This document shows, piece after piece, positions 62,185-64,000 of a stretch of DNA of 64,000 nucleotides. The DNA is from Gekko japonicus (lineage: Eukaryota), in NCBI RefSeq assembly GCF_001447785.1, contig NW_015162019.1:62001-126000 (forward strand). The letters are read 5' to 3'. The position numbers and the translations under genes are program-made. Under the pieces are notes generated by a model. That model saw only the letters and a program-made list of their open reading frames with translations. It was not told the origin of the DNA and made no database searches. Each line of letters starts with the position of its first letter. Position 1 is the first letter of the stretch.

Positions 62185-62706
62185 TTCCTAATAATCCCTA
62201 GCATAGCATTCGCCTTCTTTGATGCAGTCACACACCGAGTTGACATCTTCAGTGAGTTATCTACCTCATCTCCAGATCTCTCACCTGGCCAGTCACTGCC
62301 ATTTTGAACCCCATCAATGTATATTTTTAGTTAGAAGTTTTGGCACCAATGTGCATTACACTGCAGTTGCCCACATGAACCCTCATTTGCCATGTTGATG
62401 CCCACCCACCCAGCCTCAAGAGACCCCTCTGGAGTGCCTCACAGTCCTCCCTAGTTCTCACCGCCCTGGACGAATTAGTGTCATCCGCAAACTCAGCCAC
62501 TTCACCGCTTACTTCCAACTCCAAATCATTAATGAACAAGTTAAAAAGCACCAGACCTAGTACCGTGGTACCCCACTGCTTCCCAAATTCCACTGTGAGA
62601 ACTGCCCATTTATACTCACTCTCTGCTTCTTGTTAATTAAACAGTTTTTAATCCACAAGAGGACTTGTCCTCTTACCCCATGACTGCTGGGTTTATTTAG
62701 GAGCCT
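62185..62706 (-). mobile_element. CR1 RT fragment
   Basis: VLGLVLFNLFINDLELEVSGEVAEFADDT...LQRGLLRLGGWASTWQM...CSVMHIG. Confidence 0.9.
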
Positions 62707-62709
62707 ACT

Positions 62710-63075
62710 ATGTAAAATTCTTCGGGAGGGCATTTTTATAGAGGAAATAGGGCTATATTATAAGAAAATGGTTCAGAAGATGTTTTTTTATAAAGGGAAT
62801 GGGAGTGTGAACTATACTACTGCATTTCGTGTTGGCTGTACATGTTATCCTGCTCTCACTGCTTTGTTTTTACACTTACGTAACACTGTTTTCTCCATTG
62901 TGTAACATATCCTGTCTAATACTTTATGCTTTGTTTCAGATTCCTGTAAGACCAGTCCTATCACATTGCTTATTAGATAGTTCATGACATTGATTGCACT
63001 GACTTACACGATGTAATCTGCCTTGAGTCTCAGTGACAAAGGCGGACTATAAAGTATGATAATAAATGAATAAAC
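62710..63075 (+). mobile_element. L2-type 3' UTR and tail
   Basis: tgtaatctgccttgagtctcagtgacaaaggcggactataaa, AT-rich tail. Confidence 0.7.
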
Positions 63076-63229
63076 AAACTTTCGATGTGTCTCACACTAC
63101 ATTTCCCTTAGTTAGTTTCTACGTTGATTCTAACCTGCCTGTCTACCAAATAGTTGGGAGTGGTTCTCACCCACTCTGAATGAACTGATAGACTGGTTCT
63201 TGTTCGACACTGGCCTCTCATTGTCACTT

Positions 63230-63431
63230 CTCCCCACTCCTCCCCCTTTCTGTCACTCGAACTCAGAGCATAAATGTATCTGCTTTGTATGAACACTCCA
63301 TGCATCTGATGAAGTGGGCTCTGACTCACAAAAGTTTACGGCGGAACAAGACTTGTTAAATCTTGAAAGTGGCTACGGGACTCCTGTTTAATTCTGCTAC
63401 AACAGATTAACACAGCTACCCCTCTGGAATC
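63230..63431 (+). mobile_element. Penelope pseudo-LTR fragment with mutated hammerhead
   Basis: GCAU-CUGAUGA-AGUGGGCUCUGACUCAC-AAAA (GAAA mutated) at 63302-63333; end cacagctacccctctggaatc. Confidence 0.65.
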
Positions 63432-64000
63432 ATTCCCACCAAGCAGGAAATTGAGGATCCCCAGCTCACTCCCAAGCGTACACAACAAAGCTCATCTCTC
63501 TAGCCTTGAGCAATTCGACTCTCAAGTCCCAGACTGAAGGGACAAGAGGAGGGGGTTAAAATGTGTTAAGTGATACTCATTTGCACAATCCGATCAAGCA
63601 CAGGCCCTTAGAAACCCCACTATGTACAAGAGCAACTTGCCTTGAAGAGGCTTCAAGTGGTTGAGGGAAGATGTCTCTACACGCCTTGCTGAGGAATTAC
63701 CAGCTATCACGCATGAAAAATATTGAATTTTTAAAATCTAATTTTGCTAGTTTACAAAACACACACTCATGCCACTACAAAAAAAATCAGTCTGTCCAAG
63801 TCAGTGAGTGTATTTTACATCACAGAACTGTAGAAATGATTTCTAAGTAATTAGTGATTATTAATGTGCCTCTGCAGAAACCACATTCAGGCTCGATGTC
63901 AAAGACAGCAAAGAAAAACAAAATTGCCATGACAATTTGAGAAGCCGGAGCCAAAAGGCAGCAGAGAGGGTTTTGCTGTTACATAAACGGAGACAATCAC

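Noticed and set aside
1-64000. CRISPR array, operon or prokaryotic defence system
   Set aside because: Eukaryotic repeat landscape with no repeat-spacer array or gene-dense organisation.

Overview
Vertebrate genomic DNA, almost certainly from a squamate and most likely a gecko. The basis is the repeat set: Sauria SINEs, 5S-Sauria SINEs, abundant MIR-like tRNA SINEs, BovB/RTE, CR1, L2, L1 and Penelope. It reads as a repeat-rich intron or intergenic region with two small N gaps. I could not identify any host protein-coding exon; every ORF I recognise comes from a transposon (L2 APE/RT, CR1 RT, L1 ORF1 and ORF2 C-terminus, RTE RT tail, Penelope GIY-YIG). The most notable items are: (1) a young CpG-rich 650-bp composite retroposon with a Sauria-like tRNA head, an 85-aa ORF and an L2-type tail, at 59818-60470; (2) a 5'-complete, ORF1-only 'half-L1' with a 15-bp TSD, at 48457-50284; (3) several Penelope fold-back insertions carrying minimal hammerhead ribozyme motifs; (4) a 66-bp hairpin mini-MITE built from two copies of one hAT end, with its own 8-bp TSD; (5) a non-autonomous Helitron carrying CCAAT and GC boxes; (6) several multi-level nested insertions. 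Family names come from my recognition of consensus features, not from a database search.
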